A stretch of DNA of 64,000 nucleotides from Bdellovibrionales bacterium (GTDB taxonomy: Bacteria > Bdellovibrionota > Bdellovibrionia > Bdellovibrionales > JAMPXM01): NCBI GenBank assembly GCA_043739185.1, contig JAYUEN010000332.1, positions 32,001 through 96,000 on the forward strand, written 5' to 3'. Shown in pieces: positions 19,497 through 29,226 of this stretch. Each line of letters opens with the position of its first letter. Within the stretch, counting starts at the first letter, position 1. The position numbers and the translations under genes are program-made. The notes below the pieces were generated by a model, which made no database searches, was not told the DNA's origin, and saw only the letters and a list, made by a program, of their open reading frames with translations.

Positions 19497-20564
19497 TTAA
19501 AAAACCTTTTTGCGTTTGAGTTTATAGACGTATGACAGGACCTGAGCCACTGCAGTAAAGAGTTCTCTCGGAATTGCGTGACCTATCTTCATGGTTTTAA
19601 AAATGGTTCTGGCCAGTGGCTTGTTTTCAACGATCGGTATGTTGTGCTCTTTTGCCAACTCTCTGATTTTCTGGGCCATCAAATCCGCACCTTTAGCCAA
19701 GAGTTTCGGTGCAATCATATTTTTGGGATCATATTGAATTGCGCAGGCAATATGAGTCGGATTGGTTATGATCACATCCGCCTTAGGAACATCCGCCATC
19801 ATTCGCTTATTGGCCATTTCCCGTTGAATGCGACGAATCCGGGCTTTGATCATGGGATCGCCCTCTCGGGACTTATGTTCTTCTTTTACCTCTTGTTTGG
19901 TCATACGCATTTGCTTTTCAAGATCCCAGCGTTGAAAAAAATAATCACTCGCAGCTAAAATTGCCATAAAAATGCCGACGGCAAAAACCAGGCGAATGGT
20001 CAATTCTCCGGTAAACCTTAAAAGCTGGGCGATCTCCATATCAATCAAAAATGGAATTTGCAAAATCTGGCTTCGCAAAACAAAATAAACGACTGCGCCC
20101 ACTAACAATATTTTAGCTATGGACTTAAATCCTTCAACTATGGCCTTAAGACTTAATATTCTTTTGAGTCCCTCCAGAGGATTCACGCGATTCAAATCAA
20201 ACTGTAAAGCCTCTTCATTATATAAAAGGCCAGTTTGAAGAGTGGTTGCGAAAATTGGAATCAACATTAAAATCGCAATAATTGGTCCGCCAATGAACAA
20301 AGCCTTTTTAGAAACGAATATGATTGCCGGAAGATAGTCGCCATTTCGTGCTGCTGATACCACAAAAGATTTTAATGTTATTGCTATGAGTTCTGAAACT
20401 TGTACTAACAAAAATCGACCCATGAGCCACATCAAAAACGCGACACTCAGCAGGGTCAATACCGAGCCAAGTTCTTTCGTTTGCGCTACTTGGCCCCGCT
20501 TGCGAAAATCTTCTCTTCGCTGTTCGGTTGCGGCTTCATTACGCTCTTGATCTGTTTCTGCCAT
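19497..20564 (-). CDS. flhB: Flagellar export protein FlhB
   Basis: NPTH autocleavage motif, EGDPMIK. Confidence 0.96.
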   Translation of the reverse strand: MAETDQERNEAATEQRREDFRKRGQVAQTKELGSVLTLLSVAFLMWLMGRFLLVQVSELIAITLKSFVVSAARNGDYLPAIIFVSKKALFIGGPIIAILMLIPIFATTLQTGLLYNEEALQFDLNRVNPLEGLKRILSLKAIVEGFKSIAKILLVGAVVYFVLRSQILQIPFLIDMEIAQLLRFTGELTIRLVFAVGIFMAILAASDYFFQRWDLEKQMRMTKQEVKEEHKSREGDPMIKARIRRIQREMANKRMMADVPKADVIITNPTHIACAIQYDPKNMIAPKLLAKGADLMAQKIRELAKEHNIPIVENKPLARTIFKTMKIGHAIPRELFTAVAQVLSYVYKLKRKKVF

Positions 20565-20636
20565 TAACTCTTCCTAAGTACTGGTTAACATTCGACTACT
20601 TCTTGCAATCCAATTAGGCTCAGTCGCCTTTTCCGG

Positions 20637-21416
20637 TCATAATCCCTTTATCACCTTAAAAAGTACATTCGTCATAGAATTCAAAATTGAACTCACCTCT
20701 GTCAAATAAAGTGGAATCATCAAAAAAATAATAATAAATCCAGCCATGATATTAATAGGCAAACTCGTAACCAGGACATTGATCTGTGGTACAACACGAC
20801 CAATGATTCCGATTGCAACATTCAAAAAGAAAATCGCGATCATCACTGGCGCTGAAATTTTTATTCCGGCAATACACACCATTTGCAAGACCTCTCCTAT
20901 ATCCTTAAACAAAGCAAAACTCGCGCCAGCGCTCGAGATTTGAATCACGTCAAAACTTTGTGCTAGTCCAGTAAGAAAGTAGTGATGACCATTGATTGAT
21001 AAAAATAAGAGTGTGGCGAGAGTTGTGAAAAATTGTTCAGTCGTTGTCGACTGCGATCCAAGTGCTGGATTAAACATCTGTCCTGAGGAAAGGCCCATGC
21101 TGGTTGAAATCAGTTGGCCTGCGATACTCACTGTAAAGAATAGCAATCTTGTGAAAAAGCCAAGACAAAGTCCTATAAATACTTCGCGAAGCACATACCA
21201 AATTATATTCAAAGACAAGATTTCAGCTGAAATATCAGCATGCGGAATCACCGGAAAAAGACAAATTGCCAACACGACAGCCAGCAAAATTTTGGCAGGA
21301 CGCGGAACGCTAAAAACACTGAAGACCGGCCAAGTAAAAAGAAAAGAACTGACTCTCAAAAGTATGAGCGCCAAGACAAGAATTTGATTTTCATCATAGT
21401 GAAAATTTGGAAACAT
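20637..21416 (-). CDS. fliR: Flagellar export protein FliR
   Basis: Hydrophobic protein, AGQLIS, PQINV motifs, operon position. Confidence 0.92.
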   Translation of the reverse strand: MFPNFHYDENQILVLALILLRVSSFLFTWPVFSVFSVPRPAKILLAVVLAICLFPVIPHADISAEILSLNIIWYVLREVFIGLCLGFFTRLLFFTVSIAGQLISTSMGLSSGQMFNPALGSQSTTTEQFFTTLATLLFLSINGHHYFLTGLAQSFDVIQISSAGASFALFKDIGEVLQMVCIAGIKISAPVMIAIFFLNVAIGIIGRVVPQINVLVTSLPINIMAGFIIIFLMIPLYLTEVSSILNSMTNVLFKVIKGL

Positions 21417-21438
21417 GAGTGGTGCGCCCCTCGTTATA

Positions 21439-21711
21439 CTATTCGCGAACGTAGGTCGCTAAATTTTCGAAGAGGCCAACGGTAAATTGGCTCATGATAT
21501 CGATCATCCATGGTCCTGCAATGAGAATCACCACACAAATAATTGCGATTTTTGGAATGAAGGTCAACGTGGCTTCGTTCACTTGAGTAATGGCTTGAAA
21601 AACACTTACTATCAAGCCGGTAATGAGTGCGGCTCCCAATATCGGAGCCGAGATCATGACGGTTGTTCGAATGGCATCTTGACCTAATTTCAAAATAAGT
21701 TCTTCGGTCAT
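21439..21711 (-). CDS. fliQ: Flagellar export protein FliQ
   Basis: FQAITQVNEATLTFIPKI. Confidence 0.95.
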   Translation of the reverse strand: MTEELILKLGQDAIRTTVMISAPILGAALITGLIVSVFQAITQVNEATLTFIPKIAIICVVILIAGPWMIDIMSQFTVGLFENLATYVRE

Positions 21712-21729
21712 ATATCTCCCTCTAAAAAA

Positions 21730-22485
21730 TCAACCAAAACTCTGAACGATTGATCCAACTAACAAAGTCCATCCATCAACCAGTACAAACAACATGATTT
21801 TAAAAGGTAGGGATATGACAACGGGAGGCAACATCATCATGCCCATTGCCATGAGGACGCTCGAGATGACGAGATCTATTACTAGAAATGGAAGATAAAT
21901 AATAAATCCAATTTGAAAGGCGGTTTTAAGTTCCGAAATAATAAAAGCTGGAATCAATACCGCTGTCGGAACTTCAGCTCGAGTTTTAGGCTTTTCAATT
22001 TTAGAAAGCCGAATAAATAAACTCACATCTACGGCTCGAGTCTGCTTCCACATGAAAGCTCGAAGCGGAAGCAAAGCTTCATCGATGGCACGCTCTTGAG
22101 AGATCTTACTGTCCAAATATGGCTTCAAGGCATTGTCATTTATTTGATTAAAGGCCGGAGCCATAATAAAAAAAGTTAGAAAAAGTGCGAGGCCAACCAA
22201 CAACTGATTGGGAGGCATTTGTTGCGTTCCCAATGCCTGTCTGACAAAAGACAAGACGACAATAATGCGAGTAAAACTTGTCATCATGATGAGAATCGCT
22301 GGCGCCAAAGATAGAATGGTCAACAACATTACAATTTTAATAGCATTAACGACTTCATTGGGATTTTCGGTATTTTTAAATCCCAAATTGATCGAAGGAA
22401 GCGTTACTCCTTGAGCAAAAGCCGCTTTGCTCGCCAACAATAATGAAAGTAGGATGAATGAAAAAAAGAAAAGAGCTTTTTTCAC
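21730..22485 (-). CDS. fliP: Flagellar export protein FliP
   Basis: TSFTRIIVV, MGMMMLPP, FVLVDGW. Confidence 0.96.
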   Translation of the reverse strand: MKKALFFFSFILLSLLLASKAAFAQGVTLPSINLGFKNTENPNEVVNAIKIVMLLTILSLAPAILIMMTSFTRIIVVLSFVRQALGTQQMPPNQLLVGLALFLTFFIMAPAFNQINDNALKPYLDSKISQERAIDEALLPLRAFMWKQTRAVDVSLFIRLSKIEKPKTRAEVPTAVLIPAFIISELKTAFQIGFIIYLPFLVIDLVISSVLMAMGMMMLPPVVISLPFKIMLFVLVDGWTLLVGSIVQSFG

Positions 22486-23189
22486 TCGAGCTGCCTCATT
22501 CCTTTTAAACGACGTGAAACCACGTCGCGAATTTCTGAAATCCCGCGAAGGGCAAAATCATCTGGCTCGGTTTGCGCATCTTCCTTAGCTTGCGAGAAAT
22601 GTTTGCCAATTTCGCCGGCTTCTTCTTCATAATTATAAAGTGCATCGTCAAATTTATTGGGTTGACCAGTTGGAATTTCATCATCAATCAGGGATAGTGT
22701 TTTAAGCATCGAAATGTTTTGATCGGTAATTCCTATCAGAATCGACTCTCCGGCCACTTGAATTATTGCAATGCTCTTTTTAGGTCCCAAATGATGTTGC
22801 GTTAACATTCGAATTTTTAAGCCGCCGTTTGTGCCCTGGCGCTTCTTTGTCCAATTCTTTAGAACAAAAATTGCACCGGCTAAAAGAGCAAAAACCACAC
22901 CCAACGAAATAAGCACACGAGGTAAACTCGATTTCTCGGACGCCTTATCTTTATTGGCGTCGAAATGAACTGGTACTTCTGATTCTTTTACTGTTGGGAT
23001 CTTATCGAGATTCACTTCTTTCGAGTCAAACAGGGTCTTCGTTTCTGTCAGATCGGCTTTGGCATCGGTCAAAGCTTCCGCCCGCTCTTGCATAAGATTG
23101 GTTGGCGCATCACCTGTTTTGGTCGCTGCAAAAGTACTTGAAGCGAGTAATGAAAGGAGAATGGCAACTGTGCACTTTAAAGAAATCAT
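22482..23189 (-). CDS. fliO: Flagellar protein FliO
   Basis: TM segment followed by HLGPKKSIAIIQVAGESILIG; between fliN and fliP. Confidence 0.85.
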   Translation of the reverse strand: MISLKCTVAILLSLLASSTFAATKTGDAPTNLMQERAEALTDAKADLTETKTLFDSKEVNLDKIPTVKESEVPVHFDANKDKASEKSSLPRVLISLGVVFALLAGAIFVLKNWTKKRQGTNGGLKIRMLTQHHLGPKKSIAIIQVAGESILIGITDQNISMLKTLSLIDDEIPTGQPNKFDDALYNYEEEAGEIGKHFSQAKEDAQTEPDDFALRGISEIRDVVSRRLKGMRQLE

Positions 23190-23521
23190 TTTAATTGCTC
23201 CACGCGCTCGGCAGGAGAAATGATGTCAATCAGTCGCACGCCAAACTTTTCATTGACCACGACCGCTTCACCTCTTGCCACCAATTTATCGTTTACTAAA
23301 ACTTCCATGGGTTCACCGGCAAGTTTGCTCAGCTCAATTACAGAACCTTGTCCTAGATTCAGCAATTCACTGACTAACATTTTAGTTCTTCCCAACTCAA
23401 CTGTGACTTTAAGTGGAATATCCAAAATCAAATCGAGATTTCGTTCTTTACCCGAACGCTCCTCTGCGCGTTTGTCGCCTTTAATTGGGAGTTCCGAAAC
23501 GTTGTTTTTATCTTCTGTCAT
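23186..23521 (-). CDS. fliN: Flagellar switch protein FliN
   Basis: LDIPLKVTVELGRT, ARGEAVVVNEKFGVR. Confidence 0.95.
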   Translation of the reverse strand: MTEDKNNVSELPIKGDKRAEERSGKERNLDLILDIPLKVTVELGRTKMLVSELLNLGQGSVIELSKLAGEPMEVLVNDKLVARGEAVVVNEKFGVRLIDIISPAERVEQLK

Positions 23522-23531
23522 ACCCTACTCC

Positions 23532-24530
23532 TCAATCCTTTGTGATCGGTGATGTAATCTGCACCGCTACTGATCCGTGATTTATTCCATAATAAGCTTT
23601 GAATTTATTTACGCCTTCGACTTGAACACAGAATTCGCCATTCGCATCTTGATTGAGCGGTATAACATCCCCTGGCTTCAATTTCATAAGATCACTTAAG
23701 AGCACTTCGGTCTCGCCAAGATCAACCCGAATGGTCACATCAGTTTCAAGAAGCTGCTCTTCAATGGTTTTGGTCCACAGATTTTTATCAGCTTGATCGC
23801 TCTCAATTTGAAAGCCTGTTGCCAACTTCTGCTTAATTGGCTCAATGGTTGAATAGGGAATGACAAGCGTAATTGTTCCGTTGGCATTCTCAAGTTCGAC
23901 ATCAAATATTGAAGAAATAACTGTATCTGTGGGCGGTACTATCCCAACAAATTGGGGATTGACTTCGGTTCGTACAAAACTGGCATCGATGACTTCTACT
24001 GACTTCCAGGCCTCTTCTAAATCATCAATTGCCAATTCAACTACTTTTCGAACTATCGAAAGTTCAATTGGCGTAAAATCTTTTCCTTCAATTTTTGTAT
24101 AAGGCCGATCATCTCCACCAAAAAAACTATCGACCAGTGCATAGGCCAATTTGCTTTCGATTACCAGAATGGCAGAACCTCGCAATGCATTGAAACGCAA
24201 AACTGACATACACGTTGGCATCGGCAAGGTATTGATAAATTCACCAAATTTTAAAAACTCCGTGCTCGCATGATTAAGCGCTGCGATTTTACGGAGAGCA
24301 GAGGAAAGCGACACCCGAAAAGATCGCATAAATTTTTCATAGATCACATCTAATTGGGGAAGTCTTTGGCGAATGGATCTCTCATTACTTGTTAGATCAT
24401 AAACCGCTACAACTTTATCATCAGCACCACTTGAGCCGCCACCGCCTGATGAGGTCTCAGCACCCACTTCGCCTTCATTCACTGCCGCGAGTAGCGCATC
24501 TACTTCAGACTGTGATAATACTTGATTCAT
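23532..24530 (-). CDS. fliM: Flagellar switch protein FliM
   Basis: LSQSEVDALL CheY-binding N-terminus, EVNPQF. Confidence 0.95.
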   Translation of the reverse strand: MNQVLSQSEVDALLAAVNEGEVGAETSSGGGGSSGADDKVVAVYDLTSNERSIRQRLPQLDVIYEKFMRSFRVSLSSALRKIAALNHASTEFLKFGEFINTLPMPTCMSVLRFNALRGSAILVIESKLAYALVDSFFGGDDRPYTKIEGKDFTPIELSIVRKVVELAIDDLEEAWKSVEVIDASFVRTEVNPQFVGIVPPTDTVISSIFDVELENANGTITLVIPYSTIEPIKQKLATGFQIESDQADKNLWTKTIEEQLLETDVTIRVDLGETEVLLSDLMKLKPGDVIPLNQDANGEFCVQVEGVNKFKAYYGINHGSVAVQITSPITKD

Positions 24531-24556
24531 CCGTGAACCCCGTTCGTCAACTCTCG

Positions 24557-25096
24557 TTAGTTGTAAATAAATTCAGTAAATAACACCTGCTTAACAAGGC
24601 CCTTTTTCAAAACTCTATTGAGTTGCTCTTTGATTTCGTCACGAAGTCTGTCTTTACCATCTTTAGTTGAAACGTCTTCATAACGTTTGCTCGAAAGAAT
24701 CAGTAAAATCATATCTCGAACAGCAGCTTTTCTTTTTTCAATTTCCTCAGGAGTCTTATCGCCTTCGACTTCTAACTCCATATTGACCTTTAAAAGCTTT
24801 CTTCCTTGGCTACCAGACAGATTGATCAGGAAGGTCTCAAGAGGAATTGTTTTTCCGACAAACTCCTTTTCTTCTTTTGCCTTCTCTTCTTCATTGTCTT
24901 TTTTTGCACCCTCAGTCACTTCATCTATAGTGGTTTGATGATTGTGAGCTTGATTGGATTTGAAAACCATAAAGCCGACGCCACCAACTACTGCCATATT
25001 GATCATGACCAGCACGTAGAGCATCAAGGGTTTTGAGGGCGCGGGAGCATCGTTTTTCGCCGGGGCGATTTCTTTCGCTGCATTGTCTTCAGCCAC
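24557..25096 (-). CDS. fliL: Flagellar basal body protein FliL
   Basis: Single TM, FLINL, VRDMIL, VLFTEF; GTG 25096 with AAGGAG RBS. Confidence 0.9.
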   Translation of the reverse strand: MAEDNAAKEIAPAKNDAPAPSKPLMLYVLVMINMAVVGGVGFMVFKSNQAHNHQTTIDEVTEGAKKDNEEEKAKEEKEFVGKTIPLETFLINLSGSQGRKLLKVNMELEVEGDKTPEEIEKRKAAVRDMILLILSSKRYEDVSTKDGKDRLRDEIKEQLNRVLKKGLVKQVLFTEFIYN

Positions 25097-25136
25097 TGTC
25101 GTTCTCCTTGAAAAGAAGGCTTTGCTGACATACAGA

Positions 25137-25152
25137 AGCAAGCGCGATGCCA
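25137..25152 (-). promoter_or_regulatory. sigma54 -24/-12 promoter of the fliL-fliA operon
   Basis: Minus strand TGGCAT-CGCGC-TTGCT, 40 bp upstream of the fliL GTG. Confidence 0.75.
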
Positions 25153-25307
25153 TATAGACAATGGTCGTAATTTTTCATTTTTGAAAATTCAAATCGATTT
25201 CAGATCACACTCGCGATATTTTCATTTTTACTAAAGTCGAGGATCTGTCACAATCAAGTCATGAATGAAGAGGAGCTCGTCAGCAGCTTGACAGGCCAAA
25301 GGACCAA

Positions 25308-26150
25308 TCAAAGATTGCGATACAATTTCATAAACTCTGAATGAATCTTTGGATTTCCCGCAACCACATGAGGCATTTCGATTTTGTAAGAATGACCTTC
25401 AAGATTGGTGACGACCGCACCTGCCTCTTGAGCAATAAGTGCACCCGCAGCTGTATCCCAAGGATTCAAGTGCTTTTCCCAGAATAAATCAAATACCCCA
25501 AGCCCTACAAAACAGAGATCCAAAGCGGCAGCGCCTGCTCGCCGCAAGCCTCGACTGCGCTTTACGAGCTCGGCACAAATTCGCAACTGTTTATCAATTT
25601 GATCGTCACGTTCTGTAAAGCCAGTTGCAAACAAAGCATCGTGAATAGCTTTTCGCTGACTCACTTTGATTTTTTTACCATTGAGAAATGCGCCGACATC
25701 CTTTACAGCGTGAAAGCGCATTTTTAACTTAGGAGCATCAACGACTCCCAACACAACTACGCCATTAACTTCGAGTGCGATACTTATGCAAAAAAAAGGA
25801 AACTGATGTACGTAATTTGTGGTGCCATCAAGTGGATCAATCACCCATTTGAAGTTCGTAGCATTGGATTTCCCGACTTTGATCCCTGGCTTATGTGCGT
25901 AAGAAAGTCCAGATTCTTCGCCTAAAAATTCGTGATTCGAAAATTTATTACTTAAACTTTTAATAATATATTTTTCACTTTCACGATCCGCTTCACTCAC
26001 CAAGCCTGCTTGAAACTTTTCTGAAACCTGAGATAAACTTCCAAAATATTTATTCAATATACGTTTTGCGCCAGTTGCGGCCGCCAATGCAGCATGCAAT
26101 TCACTTTCCCACTTTGGGCTAGTTTGGGATCGTTTTTTCTTCTTTACCAT
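25308..26150 (-). CDS. suhB: Inositol monophosphatase family protein
   Basis: WVIDPLDGTTNY, WDTAAG. Confidence 0.9.
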   Translation of the reverse strand: MVKKKKRSQTSPKWESELHAALAAATGAKRILNKYFGSLSQVSEKFQAGLVSEADRESEKYIIKSLSNKFSNHEFLGEESGLSYAHKPGIKVGKSNATNFKWVIDPLDGTTNYVHQFPFFCISIALEVNGVVVLGVVDAPKLKMRFHAVKDVGAFLNGKKIKVSQRKAIHDALFATGFTERDDQIDKQLRICAELVKRSRGLRRAGAAALDLCFVGLGVFDLFWEKHLNPWDTAAGALIAQEAGAVVTNLEGHSYKIEMPHVVAGNPKIHSEFMKLYRNL

Positions 26151-26197
26151 GCCCCTATCAAGGCTTTAGTTCGTGGGCTTGTCAAGGATTTGGCGCA

Positions 26198-26226
26198 TTG
26201 ACCCTTTGGCTTTCAGTGGTTACTAT
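26198..26226 (+). promoter_or_regulatory. sigma70-type promoter of the SPOR gene
   Basis: TTGACC-N17-TACTAT. Confidence 0.55.
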
Positions 26227-26274
26227 ATATCTATACACGCAACAATAAAATGAATGGTTGGGGAGAAAAAGAGA

Positions 26275-27309
26275 ATGGCGAATCAAGCTCAGAGCTCAAG
26301 ATTGGATACGGCACTTAAGTTGCTACTCATTACCTTCGTATCTTTGGTAGCATTTTTCACAGGTGCCTATGTTGGCAAGGCGATGAGCGATAGTGATCAT
26401 CAACTCAAAGCAATGGAAGCTGACTTTCAAACTCAGAAAACCGCTGCTGAAAAACATAAAGATCTCGACGTCGCAGATAAAGATGCTTTGGTTGATGAAG
26501 AAGTAGCTCAGATGTCGGATAAAATCGTAAAGGCCGAGAAAGATCAATTGGGAGAGTCTCTGGTTAAAGAGAATGTCGAACCAAAAGCCGAAGCGAAAGG
26601 TCATGAGGCGAAGGGCGCAGAAAAAGTAGCCGAACACGGGCACGATAAAACTGCTGAAAAAGTAGCTGAGCATGGTCACGAAAAGGCCGCTGAGAAAGTT
26701 GCTGATCATGGAACTGCAAAAACTACCGAGAAAGTCGCTGAACACGGAGCTGCAAAGACTACTGAAAAAGTTGCAGACACAAGTCACGAAAAAGCTCACG
26801 AGGCTGGCGCTGCCAAAATGCCCGAAAAGCAAGCTAAAGCCACGCGCGAAATTGCCACGGCTGAAAAGCCAATTAAAAAGCAGTCCCATGCTTATGATGA
26901 TCCGAGCCTGAGTGTTAAAAAATCAAAACTTGATTTGAGTGAAGTTCACAAAACCGCAGAGAGAATTGCAAATAATGAAGCGACGACCAGTGATGAAATG
27001 GTCAGCCAAAAACCTGAAACCTCACGTATTCCGTCGAGTCTTCCTAAATCTGTTGGCACCGCGAGCGGACCAGGATTTACCGTTCAAGTCGCATCATTTC
27101 CAACTTCAGAAGAAGCCAAGAAACAAGTTGAAGAGCTTATCAAGAAGGGCTTTCCGGCATTTCCTATTGAAGCAACAATTTCAGGTAAAACTTGGTACCG
27201 GGTTAGTTTAGGTAACTTCAAAACGCAAAAAGAAGCCGCACAATATCGACTTCAATTGATTAAAGATTCTGAAATTAAAAAAGCTATTGTTGCCAAAGTT
27301 TCTCCTTAA
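26275..27309 (+). CDS. Membrane-anchored SPOR-domain protein (FtsN/DedD-like architecture)
   Basis: N-terminal TM, disordered linker, C-terminal FTVQVASF...TWYRVSLG. Confidence 0.85.
   Translation: MANQAQSSRLDTALKLLLITFVSLVAFFTGAYVGKAMSDSDHQLKAMEADFQTQKTAAEKHKDLDVADKDALVDEEVAQMSDKIVKAEKDQLGESLVKENVEPKAEAKGHEAKGAEKVAEHGHDKTAEKVAEHGHEKAAEKVADHGTAKTTEKVAEHGAAKTTEKVADTSHEKAHEAGAAKMPEKQAKATREIATAEKPIKKQSHAYDDPSLSVKKSKLDLSEVHKTAERIANNEATTSDEMVSQKPETSRIPSSLPKSVGTASGPGFTVQVASFPTSEEAKKQVEELIKKGFPAFPIEATISGKTWYRVSLGNFKTQKEAAQYRLQLIKDSEIKKAIVAKVSP
26617..26796 (+). repeat. Five in-frame 36-bp (12-aa) degenerate tandem repeats
   Basis: AEKVAEHGHDKT/AEKVAEHGHEKA/AEKVADHGTAKT/TEKVAEHGAAKT/TEKVADTSHEKA. 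Confidence 0.9.
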
Positions 27310-27833
27310 AAGAGATAGCCACCATAAAACCCCACTGAATAAGTGGGGTTTGGCGCAGCGATCTGCGATGTCAATGCTCTGAACTCAACTTCAAATCTAA
27401 AGCCTTCATATTGCAAAGCGACCCCGGTCGCCCCCGCCAAAGCCAAATAAGTGCGCGATGTGTCCTCCTGAGTACTCGTCATAAAATCTGTTTGAATGTG
27501 AGCCAATTGAAGCCCCGGCGCAAACTGAACATAATACTGAAAAACATTCTCACTATTGAAACTATGTCTTCCCCAAAGTAAAAACTCAAACTGGGTTCGG
27601 GTTATTTGAAGCTGTGAAATCGAATCGCTTACTTTAAATTGATTGAACTCGGCGATCATGGCGTTTGAAAACTCTTGGTAGCCAACTCTCATTGCCAATG
27701 GTGTTCGATTTGCATATTGAGTCGCATAAGCTTCGCGCTCAAATACATTGTTTGCCCCTAAGGCTGCAATGACTTCTGCACGTGCATTCAGGGTCACTAA
27801 GCAAATGATGAGAGCCACCACATTATTTTTCAT
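27306..27833 (-). CDS. Small outer-membrane beta-barrel hypothetical protein
   Basis: Signal peptide, alternating strands, C-terminal YGGYLF. Confidence 0.6.
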   Translation of the reverse strand: MKNNVVALIICLVTLNARAEVIAALGANNVFEREAYATQYANRTPLAMRVGYQEFSNAMIAEFNQFKVSDSISQLQITRTQFEFLLWGRHSFNSENVFQYYVQFAPGLQLAHIQTDFMTSTQEDTSRTYLALAGATGVALQYEGFRFEVEFRALTSQIAAPNPTYSVGFYGGYLF

Positions 27834-29043
27834 TGCAAGTCTCCTGAGCTAGAGGTGCAATTGAACGAAAGCTTTTACAAAACTCAAATTCCTTTGCTTT
27901 CGGCGCATCTGAAAAGTCTTGAATACTCTTAGTAAAAATCTTTACAAAAACTTCGGGGGCCAGATACTCAGTATCCAATTTGACTTTTAGTAAATTTTTA
28001 AATTCGGGTAGCGCAAGTACCAAAAGGTGAGCGAGTTTGGCACGCGTGGCTTCGCTTATTTGGTTGTCAAATAAGCTGCGTGAAAGATTTCGAAAGTAAA
28101 CCGCATATTGAGAGCCAAGCGCGTAAGCTCGGGCAAGTCGAATTTGATCATCGGCATCGCTACTCAAAACCAATTTCAGAAACTCCAAATTATAGAACTG
28201 AATATTGACTCGATCCATTCGACGAGCTTCAAGCGAACTCGAAAGCGAGCGTCCGACGAAACTTTCATCACCTGAATAAAGCCAGCCCCAATAGTCCGCA
28301 AGTCCTTCATTGATTCCGCGCAAAACAAATCGATTGTATTGTGCAACTGAAATGAGAGGCTTTGCTTTTGGCAATACCAGTGGTGATGAATCGACCAATG
28401 GAGGCAGCTGATTTGGCTCCTCTAATTTAGCCGACAAATATGTCTTAGAAACTTGAAATTCAGATAAAACAATTTTTTGAAATATAGAATGAAAATGTTC
28501 GTGGGCAATGACCCCCGCATTGAATACTATTGGGAGATCGACATCGGTATAAGGCACAAATAAAAGTGCATCGACACTAGGATTATACTGGGCATTGTTT
28601 TCAACTACACGATTTTCTGAATTCGTCAGTCCAACGTTGATACCAACTGCTTGGCGAACTGGCAAAAACAGCGCAGCCCCTGATTTAAGATCTAAATTGT
28701 GAAGCCTTTCAAGATGGGCGTAAATACTAACTGCCTGCAGACTTGCTGTATCCAGCGCAAGATAAGAACCGCTTGATGTCGATACAAATCTTCCAGATGG
28801 GGTACCTGGCTGTGCTATTCGGCCGAGATCAAATCGCAACTCGGGTTGGATGAAAAACTCAGCCAAATCTCCACGTAAAAATTCCGGCTCTGAAAAGCTC
28901 TCAACGGCGATATCTTGAAGTAAATACTCATGATTCGAATTCGGCCACGGAATCCGAAAGAGTTTGGCCGAATCTGCTCCACTCTTAATACAAGCACTCC
29001 CAAGCAGAGGGACCAGCAAAATGAATAAAACCCTACGATACAA
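27823..29043 (-). CDS. Lipoprotein gluzincin-type metallopeptidase
   Basis: Lipobox GSAC; VIAHEHFH plus GINEGLADYW (HExxH...NExxAD). Confidence 0.7.
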   Translation of the reverse strand: MYRRVLFILLVPLLGSACIKSGADSAKLFRIPWPNSNHEYLLQDIAVESFSEPEFLRGDLAEFFIQPELRFDLGRIAQPGTPSGRFVSTSSGSYLALDTASLQAVSIYAHLERLHNLDLKSGAALFLPVRQAVGINVGLTNSENRVVENNAQYNPSVDALLFVPYTDVDLPIVFNAGVIAHEHFHSIFQKIVLSEFQVSKTYLSAKLEEPNQLPPLVDSSPLVLPKAKPLISVAQYNRFVLRGINEGLADYWGWLYSGDESFVGRSLSSSLEARRMDRVNIQFYNLEFLKLVLSSDADDQIRLARAYALGSQYAVYFRNLSRSLFDNQISEATRAKLAHLLVLALPEFKNLLKVKLDTEYLAPEVFVKIFTKSIQDFSDAPKAKEFEFCKSFRSIAPLAQETCNEK

Positions 29044-29226
29044 GTGGCGCCCCTTGATTTAAATAATTCTCACGTGGGGAAATCTTAGCAAGAATTAGGC
29101 TCAATTTTGCGTGAATTCTCCTTCACAAAGGAGCTTTCGATTTGTATAAGAACTACTGAAATTTGACTTATAACGAACTGAGCGCGAGCTGAGGCTTGGT
29201 CCCTCAAATCCACAGAGAAAGTTGCA

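Noticed and set aside
26617..26796. 36-bp periodic repeats as CRISPR
   Set aside because: Contiguous, no spacers, in frame, and varying at synonymous positions
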